Virus record (IMG/VR): IMGVR_UViG_3300037193_001436
Coordinates: 32,001-96,000 of that record
Origin: a virus
Length of the DNA: 64,000 nucleotides
Reading direction: 5' to 3' (one strand)
The translations under genes and the position numbers were made by a program. Below the pieces are notes generated by a model. That model searched no databases. It was not told the origin of the DNA and saw nothing but the letters and a program-made list of their open reading frames with translations. Below, piece after piece: positions 63,928 to 64,000 of this stretch. Positions within the stretch are counted from its first letter, which is position 1. Every line of letters starts with the position of its first letter.

Positions 63928-64000
63928 GACGTTCTGCGGAGCCGGATCAGCACGGTCAGGTCCGCGCCCGCGACCGTGCTCCCGATCTGGTCGATGTCGA
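63924..64000 (-). CDS. C-terminus of a gene truncated by the window edge
   Basis: ...DIDQIGSTVAGADLTVLIRLRRTS*; ATGA overlap with the next gene. Confidence 0.7.
   Translation of the reverse strand, partial: DIDQIGSTVAGADLTVLIRLRRTS

Overview
This is a 64-kb internal segment of a high-GC actinobacterial phage with a contractile tail. Its gene content and order resemble Bxz1/cluster C-type myoviruses; the host cannot be determined from sequence alone. Almost all genes are on the minus strand. From right to left: head module (portal, scaffold, N4-gp56-type major capsid, neck); contractile tail (sheath, tube, chaperones, tape measure with M23 and transglycosylase domains, baseplate, fibres); holin; replication/recombination module (HTH initiator plus iteron origin, DnaB, primase, SNF2 helicase, gp32-like SSB, PolA, RecA, resolvases, WhiB, Cas4-like nuclease, SpoVS); a block of unknowns with an M15 endolysin; a nucleotidyltransferase/HAD/TGT-like cluster; a large serine integrase with an intact 50-bp attP and a phiRv1-type RDF candidate; and an accessory region. 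No terminase or obvious repressor lies in the window. The most unusual observations are: (1) two non-canonical tRNA-like RNAs, a 58-nt mini-tRNA with Ala identity elements and a 148-nt tRNA with expanded arms; (2) an AT-rich octamer, TAGTTGTT, found at 13 or more sites including promoters and inside genes; (3) a replication initiator gene split by its own iteron array; (4) a probable +1 tail-chaperone frameshift at TTA-TTT-C; (5) several small leaderless counter-oriented genes. All family assignments come from motif recognition by eye; no searches were run.
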